Part shown: positions 30,013 to 39,087 of the stretch, in pieces | How positions within the stretch are numbered: the stretch's first letter is position 1 | Layout: each line of letters begins with the position of its first letter | Origin: an uncultured delta proteobacterium | GTDB lineage: Bacteria; Desulfobacterota; Desulfomonilia; UBA1062 | Direction of reading: 5' to 3' | Assembly: GCA_963798485.1 (NCBI GenBank) | Contig: CAWCTR010000014.1 | Coordinates: 1 to 64,000 of the forward strand | Length of the DNA stretch: 64,000 bases | Position numbers and translations under genes: made by a program | The notes under the pieces: generated by a model | Databases searched by the model: none | What the model saw: the letters and a program-made list of their open reading frames with translations, nothing else | Told to the model about the DNA's origin: nothing

Positions 30013-31323
30013 TTATATATCAAGCATCCATCCCTTGCCCTGCACCTTGGCAACCACTTTTGCCGTACGTAAAAACGTGGACCGGAACGCATCGCTCATG
30101 AGGGCCTTCTTGACCGGTGAAAGTCTCATAAACCCACCGATAAATAATCTCATGAATTTCTGGGTAACACTGTGGGGGTTGTCGAAGATCTGGTTCTGGA
30201 TATTCCCCCTCTCAAGGCTCAGCAGAATTATCCTCTCGAATGTCGTTTCAGGGTGTATTACCCTGCTGCCGCGGTTTACCATCCCCATGGCATCGAGGGG
30301 GCATTTCGATGCACATACCCCGCAGCCCACACACATCCGGGCATCAACCACGGCCTTCTTTTTCTTCGGGTTTTTCGGATCATTTGCAGAAACCAGGCTT
30401 GTTGCATTGACCGGACAGAGATCCACGCATTTCCCACACCCTTTACAAAGGGCTTCATCAATAGTTGAGAGAAAGTTGGATGTAACAGCGCTGTTCATAA
30501 AGCCGAATTTGTTCGCCCCGGCCAGAAAATTACAGCAGCATTTACAGCAGTGACAAATAACCATTGGATTCCTTTGAGTATTATCAGCACAGAAGACAAG
30601 GCCAAGTTCCTTTGACCGTACAAAATTCTCCAGCATTTCAGTTTTCGATACCTCCCTGGCAAGATTATGTCTGATGGCATAGTCCGCCCCTATGCCGAGA
30701 GGGCTGCAATTTTCCAAAGGGGCGTCACATTCCTTTTCCCCATTCTGAAATTTTTCATTTCTGCATGAGCATAACCCGATGGCAAAGCGATGAGAATTCT
30801 CAATGAGAGAGGAGGCCCTTTCATAGTCAAAGAATTCAATGCTCTGGGTAGGTCTTATTGTTTCTTCCACAGGGATCACCCTCAGCACGGAAATCTGTTC
30901 ATCGTGTGAGAAATTTGCAGGGTAGAAATCATTGAAGTATTCCTGAAACAACTTTGCACAGGCCTTCTTGTCATGATTGTTGCCGGTTCTCATCATGGTG
31001 AATTCAAATAACCCGATGAGCATGGGAGATGGCATGTAGTAAAATTGACCATCGTCCTCATTGAAGAGATCCAGTACCAGGCCTTTCTTGCCCAGGCCTT
31101 CCAGGATGCCCTGCAAACGGATTTTTTCAATGCCAGTTACCTTGGCGATCCTGTCCAGAGAAGACAGGGTGTAGGGCATCTTGACCACCGCATCCGCTTC
31201 TTCAGTGGTATAGAGTTCTTTCAGGATACTGTGGAAGGTCTCGTTCCAGGGCGTTCTGACCGTGAGGTCATCAATCTTCTTTCCCAGGGTGCGATAAACG
31301 TCCGATTCATTATTATGGATCAT
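30013..31323 (-). CDS. 4Fe-4S binding protein with a Cys-rich central domain
   Basis: CSCR, ICHCCKCCC and two CxxCxxCxxxCP motifs. Confidence 0.85.
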   Translation of the reverse strand: MIHNNESDVYRTLGKKIDDLTVRTPWNETFHSILKELYTTEEADAVVKMPYTLSSLDRIAKVTGIEKIRLQGILEGLGKKGLVLDLFNEDDGQFYYMPSPMLIGLFEFTMMRTGNNHDKKACAKLFQEYFNDFYPANFSHDEQISVLRVIPVEETIRPTQSIEFFDYERASSLIENSHRFAIGLCSCRNEKFQNGEKECDAPLENCSPLGIGADYAIRHNLAREVSKTEMLENFVRSKELGLVFCADNTQRNPMVICHCCKCCCNFLAGANKFGFMNSAVTSNFLSTIDEALCKGCGKCVDLCPVNATSLVSANDPKNPKKKKAVVDARMCVGCGVCASKCPLDAMGMVNRGSRVIHPETTFERIILLSLERGNIQNQIFDNPHSVTQKFMRLFIGGFMRLSPVKKALMSDAFRSTFLRTAKVVAKVQGKGWMLDI

Positions 31324-31333
31324 ATGTCACTCC

Positions 31334-32968
31334 TTATTGATCGAGGCGCTGCGCCTTCATGACATTCTCCATGAAGAACTCTACCTGGTTCATCATGCCA
31401 TCTTTGGAAACGATGCGTGGATCGAGCAGGTCGTAATCGAGGATGAGTAACGGTATCTTCTTTTCGCGGCATTTCTCCCGCAGGATGCCGTTCATGGCCT
31501 GGCCGCTCTTGCAGCCCACGTGGTTTGCCACCCACACCATGTCGAGGTCGAACTGTCTGTACATGCGGAAGATATCGTCCAGGTAATTCTCCGCAGGACC
31601 CCTGGTGTGACGGACCATAGGACCCTGCATAATGGTGTTGGCCAGACCCCGGAGCATGGTATCAGGCGACGAGGTGTCTATGGGGGCGTGGTGGTGATAG
31701 GTCATGCTGTCATTGATGAGGGTTACACCAAAGGCACGCTCGCTCCTGTTGAAGATGTCGATGAAGTGGGGAAAGGGCGGGTTCCAGAGCACTGCCCTGT
31801 ACCGCTCGTATTTCGTGGCTGGAATCCCTGCCGCAAGGTTTTTCCGTGCCATTGCAACCAGGGACTCGAAGTGTTTTATGGATAGCTTGTGCCCGGCAAA
31901 GAGGTTGAAATGCCACATATGGCTCAGGAACACGGCCTCGGCGGCCAGCGGGGCGGGTTTCATCCGGATCATGTCCCACAGCTCCAGCTCAAGCTCCAGC
32001 ATGCGGTTGCGTCCCTCGCAGATCTCCTTCAGTTTGTCCCAGTCCATGCGGCCGGGCGTGTGTTCCTCAAGCCATGCGATCATCCCCTTCAAATCGTCGG
32101 CAAAGAGCTTATCCGCCCGTTCATTGTAAAAAATCGAGGGGACATCCAGGCGATAGATGGGCGTGCCATGCTCCCTGTGTATAAGGGCGTATGAGGCCAT
32201 GCCGGCGTCACAGGGCATATTGGAGCTTACCATGGCAATGCCCTTGGGCATATGACCCTTGAGGACCATGCCCACGGTGGCCTTGGGCAGGCTGCAGGCA
32301 TCGGGATTGATACCGGCATTTTCCGCCTCGTCTATGTATTTGAGGTCACTCTGGGCTGATAGAATCGGCAGCAGGATACCCATGGCCTCCAGTAGCCAGA
32401 CCTTCAGGCCCATGGCACGGGCGATGTCGGGCGGTACCATCTCCTCGTTTATGATGAGTCGGTCCTGGTGGTAGAACAGGTCTTCCAGGTTTTCAGCCAG
32501 CGTAACAGCAATGGTGTGTATGGTCATGCAGATGGATTCGAGGTATAACCCGCTCCGCCCCCGGGTGAGACGGCGCATCAGGCCCGTCACCTTTAAGAGG
32601 TGCAGCATCCACGGATAGCGCCAAAGTTCTCGCACAAAACCAGGCCCCCTTCTGATGACAAGTTTAGCAATACACATCCAGATGAGCAGCCAGTATTTCG
32701 CGTAGACCAGAAAATCTCCGGCAGAAAGGGCACTCATGTCATGGAAAAAAACAACCAGAGAATGTTGGAAAAAGTGCTTTACCCGGCCGGGCACGCTCCG
32801 AAGGGATAATTGGAAAAGTCCGAGATTGTCATTCCCGCGGAAGCGGGAATCCAGTCTTTTAAAAAACTTCTGGACCCCCGCCTTCGCGGGGGTGACACTC
32901 TTTTTTATGTTTTGCAATTGGGTTAAAATTATGGGTTTTGCCATAATCAGTATGTCTTTTGGTGTCAT
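31334..32968 (-). CDS. 2-hydroxyacyl-CoA dehydratase / benzoyl-CoA reductase-type subunit (HgdA/BcrB-like) with an in-frame repeat insertion
   Basis: DACSLPK, SNMPCD, DW.KL.E, HVGCK, D..DPR motifs. Confidence 0.85.
   Translation of the reverse strand: MTPKDILIMAKPIILTQLQNIKKSVTPAKAGVQKFFKRLDSRFRGNDNLGLFQLSLRSVPGRVKHFFQHSLVVFFHDMSALSAGDFLVYAKYWLLIWMCIAKLVIRRGPGFVRELWRYPWMLHLLKVTGLMRRLTRGRSGLYLESICMTIHTIAVTLAENLEDLFYHQDRLIINEEMVPPDIARAMGLKVWLLEAMGILLPILSAQSDLKYIDEAENAGINPDACSLPKATVGMVLKGHMPKGIAMVSSNMPCDAGMASYALIHREHGTPIYRLDVPSIFYNERADKLFADDLKGMIAWLEEHTPGRMDWDKLKEICEGRNRMLELELELWDMIRMKPAPLAAEAVFLSHMWHFNLFAGHKLSIKHFESLVAMARKNLAAGIPATKYERYRAVLWNPPFPHFIDIFNRSERAFGVTLINDSMTYHHHAPIDTSSPDTMLRGLANTIMQGPMVRHTRGPAENYLDDIFRMYRQFDLDMVWVANHVGCKSGQAMNGILREKCREKKIPLLILDYDLLDPRIVSKDGMMNQVEFFMENVMKAQRLDQ
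32803..32925. repeat. Palindromic REP/RPE-like miniature element inserted in frame in a CDS
   Basis: TGTCATTCCCGCGGAAGCGGGAATCCAG ... CTGGACCCCCGCCTTCGCGGGGGTGACA inverted pair, flanked by AATTGGAAAA / TTTTGCAATT; translates as VTPAKAGVQ...LDSRFRGND. Confidence 0.85.
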
Positions 32969-32990
32969 TACCTATCCTCCCGCCTGCACA

Positions 32991-34178
32991 TCATTTGCCC
33001 ATACTTTCGATAAAGGCCTGGACCCGGGTACGCTGCTGTCCTTCAGAACCCAGACGGTATTCCCGTTCCAGCTTCAGCACCGGTATCCCCTCTTTGCGCA
33101 AAGCGCTTACCATGGGCATTGCATCCACACCCCAGAGGTCGCAGAACTTGATGATCTCGATGATTACGCCGTCCACCTTGTATTCCTTTACGGTGTCTAT
33201 GATGGTTTGCAGCCTGCGATCGAAATCTTCCATCATCCGCGGGCACAAGGTCTTCTTGAAGGAATGTTCGGCAAGGGTCCTGAAGGGATCACCCTTCATC
33301 TCTATGGGCATGAGCCCGGGGATGGAGCCGGTACAGAAACGGTCCGCCACAACAAGACCGCCTTGGGACTCAATGACCCTAATGAATTCCGGGTCGTGAA
33401 GATGCCCGCCCACCACCATTAAGCGGGCTCGGTAATTGTGGGTGCCATGGAGATTTTCTATCTCTTTTTTGTAATCAAGTATTTTCGGGAGGATCAGATC
33501 CTTGGGCGATACCAGTGAAGCCATGAGCAGCCCGTGGAACTCGGTGCCGGTGATGGGCGGGTTCGGTTTTTTACGCAGCTCGCCGATTGATTGTATGACT
33601 TCTGCAAAGTTGTTCCACTCATCAATGGCCTTCATGAGAGAGCTGTCGCCCATATCCACGCCGAAGTGCGACGAGAGCCGCTCAGCGAGCATCCTGAGCT
33701 CCTCGGCCATCCAGGCAGTAGTGACCTCGTTCACCTTGCGGGGCACATCGAGAACATGGTTGAAATCGGGTTTCTTGAGGTACTCCAGGTTATCATAGAG
33801 CCGTTGCATGTGTGCACATGAGGGGACGAAGATCCACCCCTTTATCAGGTCAAACCGGTCGTCCATGGCGAATTCGAGGAGGCTGCGCACATAGGAGCAG
33901 GTGAAGTTGGAAAGATAGTTGTCTGCGATCTCGGTGCCGGCAACCCCCGGGGCCCGCAAACGTACGGGAAACAGTCTGTCTGCCATGAGGAGGGCCTCGG
34001 GCACGAAGGAGCAGGAATACCCGATGGGTATGCGCCCGTTCAGGGCAGCCTGTTCGACCAGGCTGTTCTGCGGGGTTTCAAGAAGACCTTCGAATATACG
34101 CATCGTCTTACCGGTCGTCGTCATAACACTTCCCCCGGTTCCATTACCGCAGGATGGTGGACAATGTGACTCTTTCAT
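32991..34178 (-). CDS. 2-hydroxyacyl-CoA dehydratase / Bcr-type subunit (HgdB/BcrC-like)
   Basis: IGYSCSFVPE, TCSYVRS, DRFCTG, CPRM, KFCD, R.QAF.E; alternative start at 34124. Confidence 0.88.
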   Translation of the reverse strand: MKESHCPPSCGNGTGGSVMTTTGKTMRIFEGLLETPQNSLVEQAALNGRIPIGYSCSFVPEALLMADRLFPVRLRAPGVAGTEIADNYLSNFTCSYVRSLLEFAMDDRFDLIKGWIFVPSCAHMQRLYDNLEYLKKPDFNHVLDVPRKVNEVTTAWMAEELRMLAERLSSHFGVDMGDSSLMKAIDEWNNFAEVIQSIGELRKKPNPPITGTEFHGLLMASLVSPKDLILPKILDYKKEIENLHGTHNYRARLMVVGGHLHDPEFIRVIESQGGLVVADRFCTGSIPGLMPIEMKGDPFRTLAEHSFKKTLCPRMMEDFDRRLQTIIDTVKEYKVDGVIIEIIKFCDLWGVDAMPMVSALRKEGIPVLKLEREYRLGSEGQQRTRVQAFIESMGK

Positions 34179-34945
34179 GGCAACAACCCGACCTTCTCGA
34201 GGATGTGTGCGACCTTAACAAGAGCAGGTGAGGTTTCAGGCATGCCGGTCAGCGGTTCGCCCCTGAAGTCCAACGATCTGATCAGGTCATCGTCGTCAAG
34301 CCATCCGTACATTTCAAGGTCTGTCCTGCGCCTGATGTCGTCCACCTCGGAGAGGTCCCTCACCCTGTTGAGAACGAGCCCCATGCCCTTGAAGTCAACA
34401 GCCTTCTTCTCGTTCGCAACGTGCGCTATGGTATTAGCAACGCCAAGACCTTTTACCGAGGTGTCCGACACCAGGACCAGGTGGTCCACGGTCTTCATCA
34501 CCCGCCTGTTGATCTGCTCGATGCCCGCCTCTCCGTCGATGAGCACGATATCAAACCGGCAGGCAAGGTCACCTATGATATCCTTGAGGAGGTTGTTCAC
34601 CTTGCAGAAGCAGCCTTCGTCCTCAGGCCTGCCGATGGACAGGAGGGCGTATCCGTCACGCTCATGGAGGGCATCGAAGACCTCATAGTCCAGGAGCTTG
34701 AGAGTCTCCCGGCCACCCTGGAGCCCGCCTTTCCGGATGTCTGCAACCAGTCCCTTTCTGATGTCGTCAACGGTCTTTTTCACGGTAATGCCCAGGGCCG
34801 ATGCCAGTCCCACGGCCGGGTCCGCGTCTATGGCGAGGATCTTCCGCTCGTTCCCGCCGGCCAGCAGCTTCACCATGAGGGCCGCAACAGAGGTCTTGCC
34901 GACCCCCCCCTTGCCGCACAGCGCGATGATCTTTGTATCAGTCAT
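34175..34945 (-). CDS. CooC/AcsF-type P-loop ATPase
   Basis: GKGGVGKT, IDADP, GCFC, DGEAGIEQ..R. Confidence 0.88.
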   Translation of the reverse strand: MTDTKIIALCGKGGVGKTSVAALMVKLLAGGNERKILAIDADPAVGLASALGITVKKTVDDIRKGLVADIRKGGLQGGRETLKLLDYEVFDALHERDGYALLSIGRPEDEGCFCKVNNLLKDIIGDLACRFDIVLIDGEAGIEQINRRVMKTVDHLVLVSDTSVKGLGVANTIAHVANEKKAVDFKGMGLVLNRVRDLSEVDDIRRRTDLEMYGWLDDDDLIRSLDFRGEPLTGMPETSPALVKVAHILEKVGLLP

Positions 34946-35619
34946 GCAATACCCCTCGTGGAGTTTATTTCCAGCGCTCTTTCTGTCTCCTCAAGGACAG
35001 TGACCGCCGACTCCGCATAACCATCCGCCCCGTACTTTTCTGCCAATTGCCGGTCCAGCGGGGCTCCGCCTACCATGATAACCGTCCCCGGGCACTTCTG
35101 TCTTATTGTTCTGATTATGTCCGGCATACAGACCATGGTTGTGGACATCATGGCCGACAGAGCCAGGATCTCGGCTTTATTTTCGAGAACTGCACGCCCG
35201 AACTCTTCTGCCCTCACCTGCACACCCAGATCAACAACCCGGTAACCGCATGCCCTGTATACCCCTGAAATTATGCTCTTGCCTAAATCGTGCGGGTCAC
35301 CCTCGACCACGCCTATGACGATGGTCAAAGCCCCCTTATCTCCGGCGTCTCCGAATTCAGAGAGTTTCGCCAGCCCCTGTGTCGCTGCATCGATACAGAG
35401 GAGGAATTCGGGCAAAGAGGTATGATTCGACATCAAATTCCTTCTCAGAAGGTTGAGACCATCGAGGATAGCGTGGCGCACATCTTTCGTGGAAAGACCG
35501 GAATCCATCGCTCTGGTCGTCAGCACCACGGTTTCATCCACCTGGTAAGCAGCTACCGCTGCTTCGATATTTTCCATAAGTCCAACTTCTCTCTTATCCA
35601 TCCGGGTCCCTCTTTTCAT
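34942..35619 (-). CDS. Cobalamin-binding (corrinoid) protein
   Basis: N-terminal cap helices; GDPHDLGK (DxHxxG), LSAMM.TT, VGGAP, GADGY. Confidence 0.9.
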   Translation of the reverse strand: MKRGTRMDKREVGLMENIEAAVAAYQVDETVVLTTRAMDSGLSTKDVRHAILDGLNLLRRNLMSNHTSLPEFLLCIDAATQGLAKLSEFGDAGDKGALTIVIGVVEGDPHDLGKSIISGVYRACGYRVVDLGVQVRAEEFGRAVLENKAEILALSAMMSTTMVCMPDIIRTIRQKCPGTVIMVGGAPLDRQLAEKYGADGYAESAVTVLEETERALEINSTRGIA

Positions 35620-36782
35620 CTATACACCTCTACTGCCTTGACCATGGCATATGCATTTTCAAGGGGGGCATTCTGGGGGAACTCGCAGCCGGGTGAAAGG
35701 ATATAACCCCCGCCGGGAGCGAGGTCATCGATCTGTTTCCTGCATTCCTCCATGACATCGTAAGGGGTGCCGCGCGTCAGCAGCGGGGTGTCTATCATGC
35801 CAATCAGCACAATGTGGTCTCCATAACGTTTCTTCAGCTCCTTACGGTTCGAACAGTCGTCCGGGAGGTGTGCGAAGCTTATTGCACAGGGCTCCATGCT
35901 TCGAATCTGTGCATCGAAATAAATCCCGTGACCGCAGTTGTGCACACCCACCAGGCAACCCTTTCTTCGGATTGCCGAGGCTATTTCCCGCGCAAACGGC
36001 CCCTCGATCTTTTCCCAGAGCCCCTTTGACAACCCGTTCCATGATGCGAAGAGGGTGTCGATTACAACCATAACCACCCCGACGTCGCACTGCGCTTCTG
36101 CAAATTCAATGAGCACACCCGTGATGGCTTCACACGCTGCCATGACATCCCCGGGTTGAGTAACACAGTCCTTGAAGAGTTCCTGTGTCCCTCGCATCAT
36201 GTTGAGCACACCCAACGGGCCGAAAAGAAATCCGGCTACAAACCCTTTGAGGCCTATCCTGCGAACCATTATGGATAGCGCCTTGGCATGCCCCTGCATG
36301 CGTACGGCATGCTTGAAATCAATCGGCTTGAGCTTTCTGTAATCCTCAATGTTCTTGATCACAGGGTTCGCGTAGTCGGGATGTGCGGTAGAGTTGTCCG
36401 GGTAAATAACCTTCTGTCCGAAATCGGCGGCCTCTATTGAGAGGTCCACCAGTGCGACCAAGCCGTCACCGCCGATGAGATTGAACCCGGCCAGAAAGGA
36501 CTCCGCAGCAATTACGGGGTCGGCGCAGAACTCCGCATAGGTGTTTCCGATAAGCCGTCTGCCTGCGCCGCATATTATGGGGCAGCAGGGGACACGGTCC
36601 GGCTCCTTGTGCCGGAGAGTCACCAGCATCCTCTCGAAATTTGTAAGGTTGCTGATGCGTCCCCTGGCACTGCATAAGCCCCCTGCAGCATCCAGAATGA
36701 AATCCGGCAGCAACGCGGGCGAGGGGGGTATCCCTTCAGCAAGGGTCTTGAGTGCCCTCCAAATATCCTTTGTGTCAGCCAT
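35616..36782 (-). CDS. MtaA/CmuA-type (UroD superfamily) methyltransferase
   Basis: PDRVP, DLSIEAADFG, GP......RG, H-x-C (HNCG) and PGCE zinc ligands. Confidence 0.88.
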   Translation of the reverse strand: MADTKDIWRALKTLAEGIPPSPALLPDFILDAAGGLCSARGRISNLTNFERMLVTLRHKEPDRVPCCPIICGAGRRLIGNTYAEFCADPVIAAESFLAGFNLIGGDGLVALVDLSIEAADFGQKVIYPDNSTAHPDYANPVIKNIEDYRKLKPIDFKHAVRMQGHAKALSIMVRRIGLKGFVAGFLFGPLGVLNMMRGTQELFKDCVTQPGDVMAACEAITGVLIEFAEAQCDVGVVMVVIDTLFASWNGLSKGLWEKIEGPFAREIASAIRRKGCLVGVHNCGHGIYFDAQIRSMEPCAISFAHLPDDCSNRKELKKRYGDHIVLIGMIDTPLLTRGTPYDVMEECRKQIDDLAPGGGYILSPGCEFPQNAPLENAYAMVKAVEVYR

Positions 36783-37512
36783 GCAGTGCCTCTTTTGATT
36801 TTTCCATGAGTTTATCCCTCATGCCTTTAAGTCCGTCGGCCTCATCGCACACATCCTGGTAGTCACAGCTCCCGCACTCAAAATCCATTTCCGAGGCCAT
36901 CTTGTTCATGGCAGCGATAATCTTCTCCGCAGGAACGGTGATCTCCTTGAGCCTGCGTACATCATCCGTGCTGGAGGTGAAGAAGATCACCTCCACAGCC
37001 TTCACATAGGGCCTGTCTCGAAAAAGTCTTATCAGTGATGAACCCAGGGTCCTGGCGGAGAAGCCGCGTGAGAGAGCATCGCGGCTGATCCTGCACCATT
37101 CCCTCATGTACTGGGACACCGCCCGCATCATGAACCCTTTGAGGTCGAGCTCGTAGCGGAGGAAATCCATGTCCTTGTGCCTGTCATAGGCATTGTCCTC
37201 GTCGAATCCCTCCACCCCTGCCAGCACTACCTTGCCGAAGGCCAGGCTCTTGCCCATGCACTCCGGGAAGTCCGGGCCCACCAGCGTTATCCTCCCGTCA
37301 GTGATACGTGAATGATCCCCGGTCCACAGGAGGCAGGATACGGAATCCATTTCCGGGCTGCCCAGTTCGAGTCCCATGTCCTCCTTCAGGACGATGTTCC
37401 TGCCCCCGCCTGGCGGCCACCCGTAATTCAAGGCCTCGATCCATGTCCTGCAAGAGGACCTTGTATCCACAAAGGTCCGCACCGCCTCGATGGTATGGTT
37501 AAAGAGCTCCAT
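36775..37512 (-). CDS. Stand-alone acetyl-CoA synthase (AcsB/CdhC) middle-domain-like protein with C-terminal Cys motif
   Basis: ELG.P...ITDGRITLVGPD...W.RISRDAL..GF...LG..L...VKAVEVIFFT resembles the AcsB middle domain; tail CGSCDYQDVC. Confidence 0.65.
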   Translation of the reverse strand: MELFNHTIEAVRTFVDTRSSCRTWIEALNYGWPPGGGRNIVLKEDMGLELGSPEMDSVSCLLWTGDHSRITDGRITLVGPDFPECMGKSLAFGKVVLAGVEGFDEDNAYDRHKDMDFLRYELDLKGFMMRAVSQYMREWCRISRDALSRGFSARTLGSSLIRLFRDRPYVKAVEVIFFTSSTDDVRRLKEITVPAEKIIAAMNKMASEMDFECGSCDYQDVCDEADGLKGMRDKLMEKSKEALHG

Positions 37513-37519
37513 GGGCCGG

Positions 37520-38305
37520 TCACTTCCCCTTGCCGGCAGCCTGGCGGGCAATGAGTGCCGCACCCAGGGCCCCGATGATCTGCGGGTCGGTCGCTATCTT
37601 CCTGAGCTTCACCCCCAGGGCCTCCTCAAGGGCCGCGAACATGCCGATGTTTTTTGCCACCCCTCCGGTCATGGTGATTTCGCTTTCGAGCTCTATACCC
37701 CTGGCAAGAGCAGCCACCCGGTGGGCCAGTGACTTGTGCAGCCCCGCCACGATATCGGGGAGGTTGTTGCCTGCATTGATCAGCGAGATGATCTCCGTCT
37801 CTGCGAAGACCACGCACTGGTTGGAGATGGAAAGGGGGTTCTTTGCCGTGGAGGATATTTCTCCCATATCTTCGAGATTGACCCCCATTGCCCCTGACAT
37901 CACCTCCAGGAACCTGCCCGTGCCGGATGCACACCGGTCGTTATAGGCAAAACGGATGACATTGCCGCGCTCATCCAGCCTGATGGCCTTGGCGTCCTGA
38001 CCACCGATATCGATCACCATATGTACTTCAGGCATGAGCCACTGGGCCCCTTTGCCGTGGCATATGATCTCCGACTCCACGGCATCGGCAAAGGGGATGG
38101 AGTTCCTGCCGTAGCCCGTGCCCACGCAGTATGAGATGTCTGCCAGACAAAGCCCTGCCTTATCGAGGGCCTTTTCCATCACCTCCCGGGCCGAATCCCC
38201 GGGCTCGGGCCGTGCGAATATCACGTGCGAGGCCAGTACATCGCCATTCTTCATGATGAGGGCCTTGGCGCTCAAAGAGCCGACGTCACATCCTGCGGTA
38301 AACAT
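37520..38305 (-). CDS. ATP-dependent activase (HgdC/BcrAD/BzdPQ family)
   Basis: MFTAGCDVGS, GTGYGR, DIGGQD, NDRCASGTGRF, CVVFAE; TAATG coupling to the upstream gene. Confidence 0.9.
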   Translation of the reverse strand: MFTAGCDVGSLSAKALIMKNGDVLASHVIFARPEPGDSAREVMEKALDKAGLCLADISYCVGTGYGRNSIPFADAVESEIICHGKGAQWLMPEVHMVIDIGGQDAKAIRLDERGNVIRFAYNDRCASGTGRFLEVMSGAMGVNLEDMGEISSTAKNPLSISNQCVVFAETEIISLINAGNNLPDIVAGLHKSLAHRVAALARGIELESEITMTGGVAKNIGMFAALEEALGVKLRKIATDPQIIGALGAALIARQAAGKGK

Positions 38306-39087
38306 TAATCCCCTCCCATCTTCTCTTTGGCAAATACGGCAGCCCCCAGGGCGCCCATGACCTGAGGGTCCACCCTGAGCCTGCGCATGGGCACGCCCAG
38401 CTGTTTTTCCATGGCCTCGAGCACCCCGGCGTTCTTTGCAACACCGCCAGTCATGCACACATCCTTCTCAACACCTACTGACTTGGCCAGGATCGCAATC
38501 CTGGCCGCCATGGCCTGGTTGATGCCAGAAGCCAGGTCTGCCTTTGAGGTGTTCGAGTTGAGATGCATAATGACCTCGGCCTGGGCCCAGGCCGTGCAGG
38601 TAGCAGCCAGGGTGATGGGGTTTCTGGCTTGTGCGGATAGGCTGCCAAGGTCGTCCAACTCCAGGCCGAGGAGTTTTGCCATGACCTCAAGGAACCTGCC
38701 GGTACCCGACGCGCACTTGTCATTGGTGATGAACCTGACGATGTTTCCCTTCTCATCGAGGCGGATGGCCTTGCAGTCCTGCCCTCCGATGTCGATGACG
38801 GTCCTCACCGATTGCAGGAGCCAGTGGGCGCCCTTGGCATGGCAGGCGATCTCGGAGACGGCCTTGCCCACAAAGGGTATCCGCTCCCTGCCATAACCGG
38901 TCCCTACGCAGAACCCGATGTCCTTCATGGTGAGCCCGGCAGTGCTCAATGCCATATCCATAACTTCAGGCGCGGATTTTTCAGGGTTGAAGGATGAGGG
39001 GATCAGCGCATGGCTGATGACACGAGTGTTGTTGAGGATCACCGCCTTGGTGGTCAGTGATCCCACGTCACAGCCTGCAACGATCAT
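38305..39087 (-). CDS. ATP-dependent activase (HgdC/BcrAD/BzdPQ family)
   Basis: MIVAGCDVGS, GTGYGR, DIGGQD, NDKCASGTGRF, CTAWAQ; ATGA coupling. Confidence 0.9.
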   Translation of the reverse strand: MIVAGCDVGSLTTKAVILNNTRVISHALIPSSFNPEKSAPEVMDMALSTAGLTMKDIGFCVGTGYGRERIPFVGKAVSEIACHAKGAHWLLQSVRTVIDIGGQDCKAIRLDEKGNIVRFITNDKCASGTGRFLEVMAKLLGLELDDLGSLSAQARNPITLAATCTAWAQAEVIMHLNSNTSKADLASGINQAMAARIAILAKSVGVEKDVCMTGGVAKNAGVLEAMEKQLGVPMRRLRVDPQVMGALGAAVFAKEKMGGD

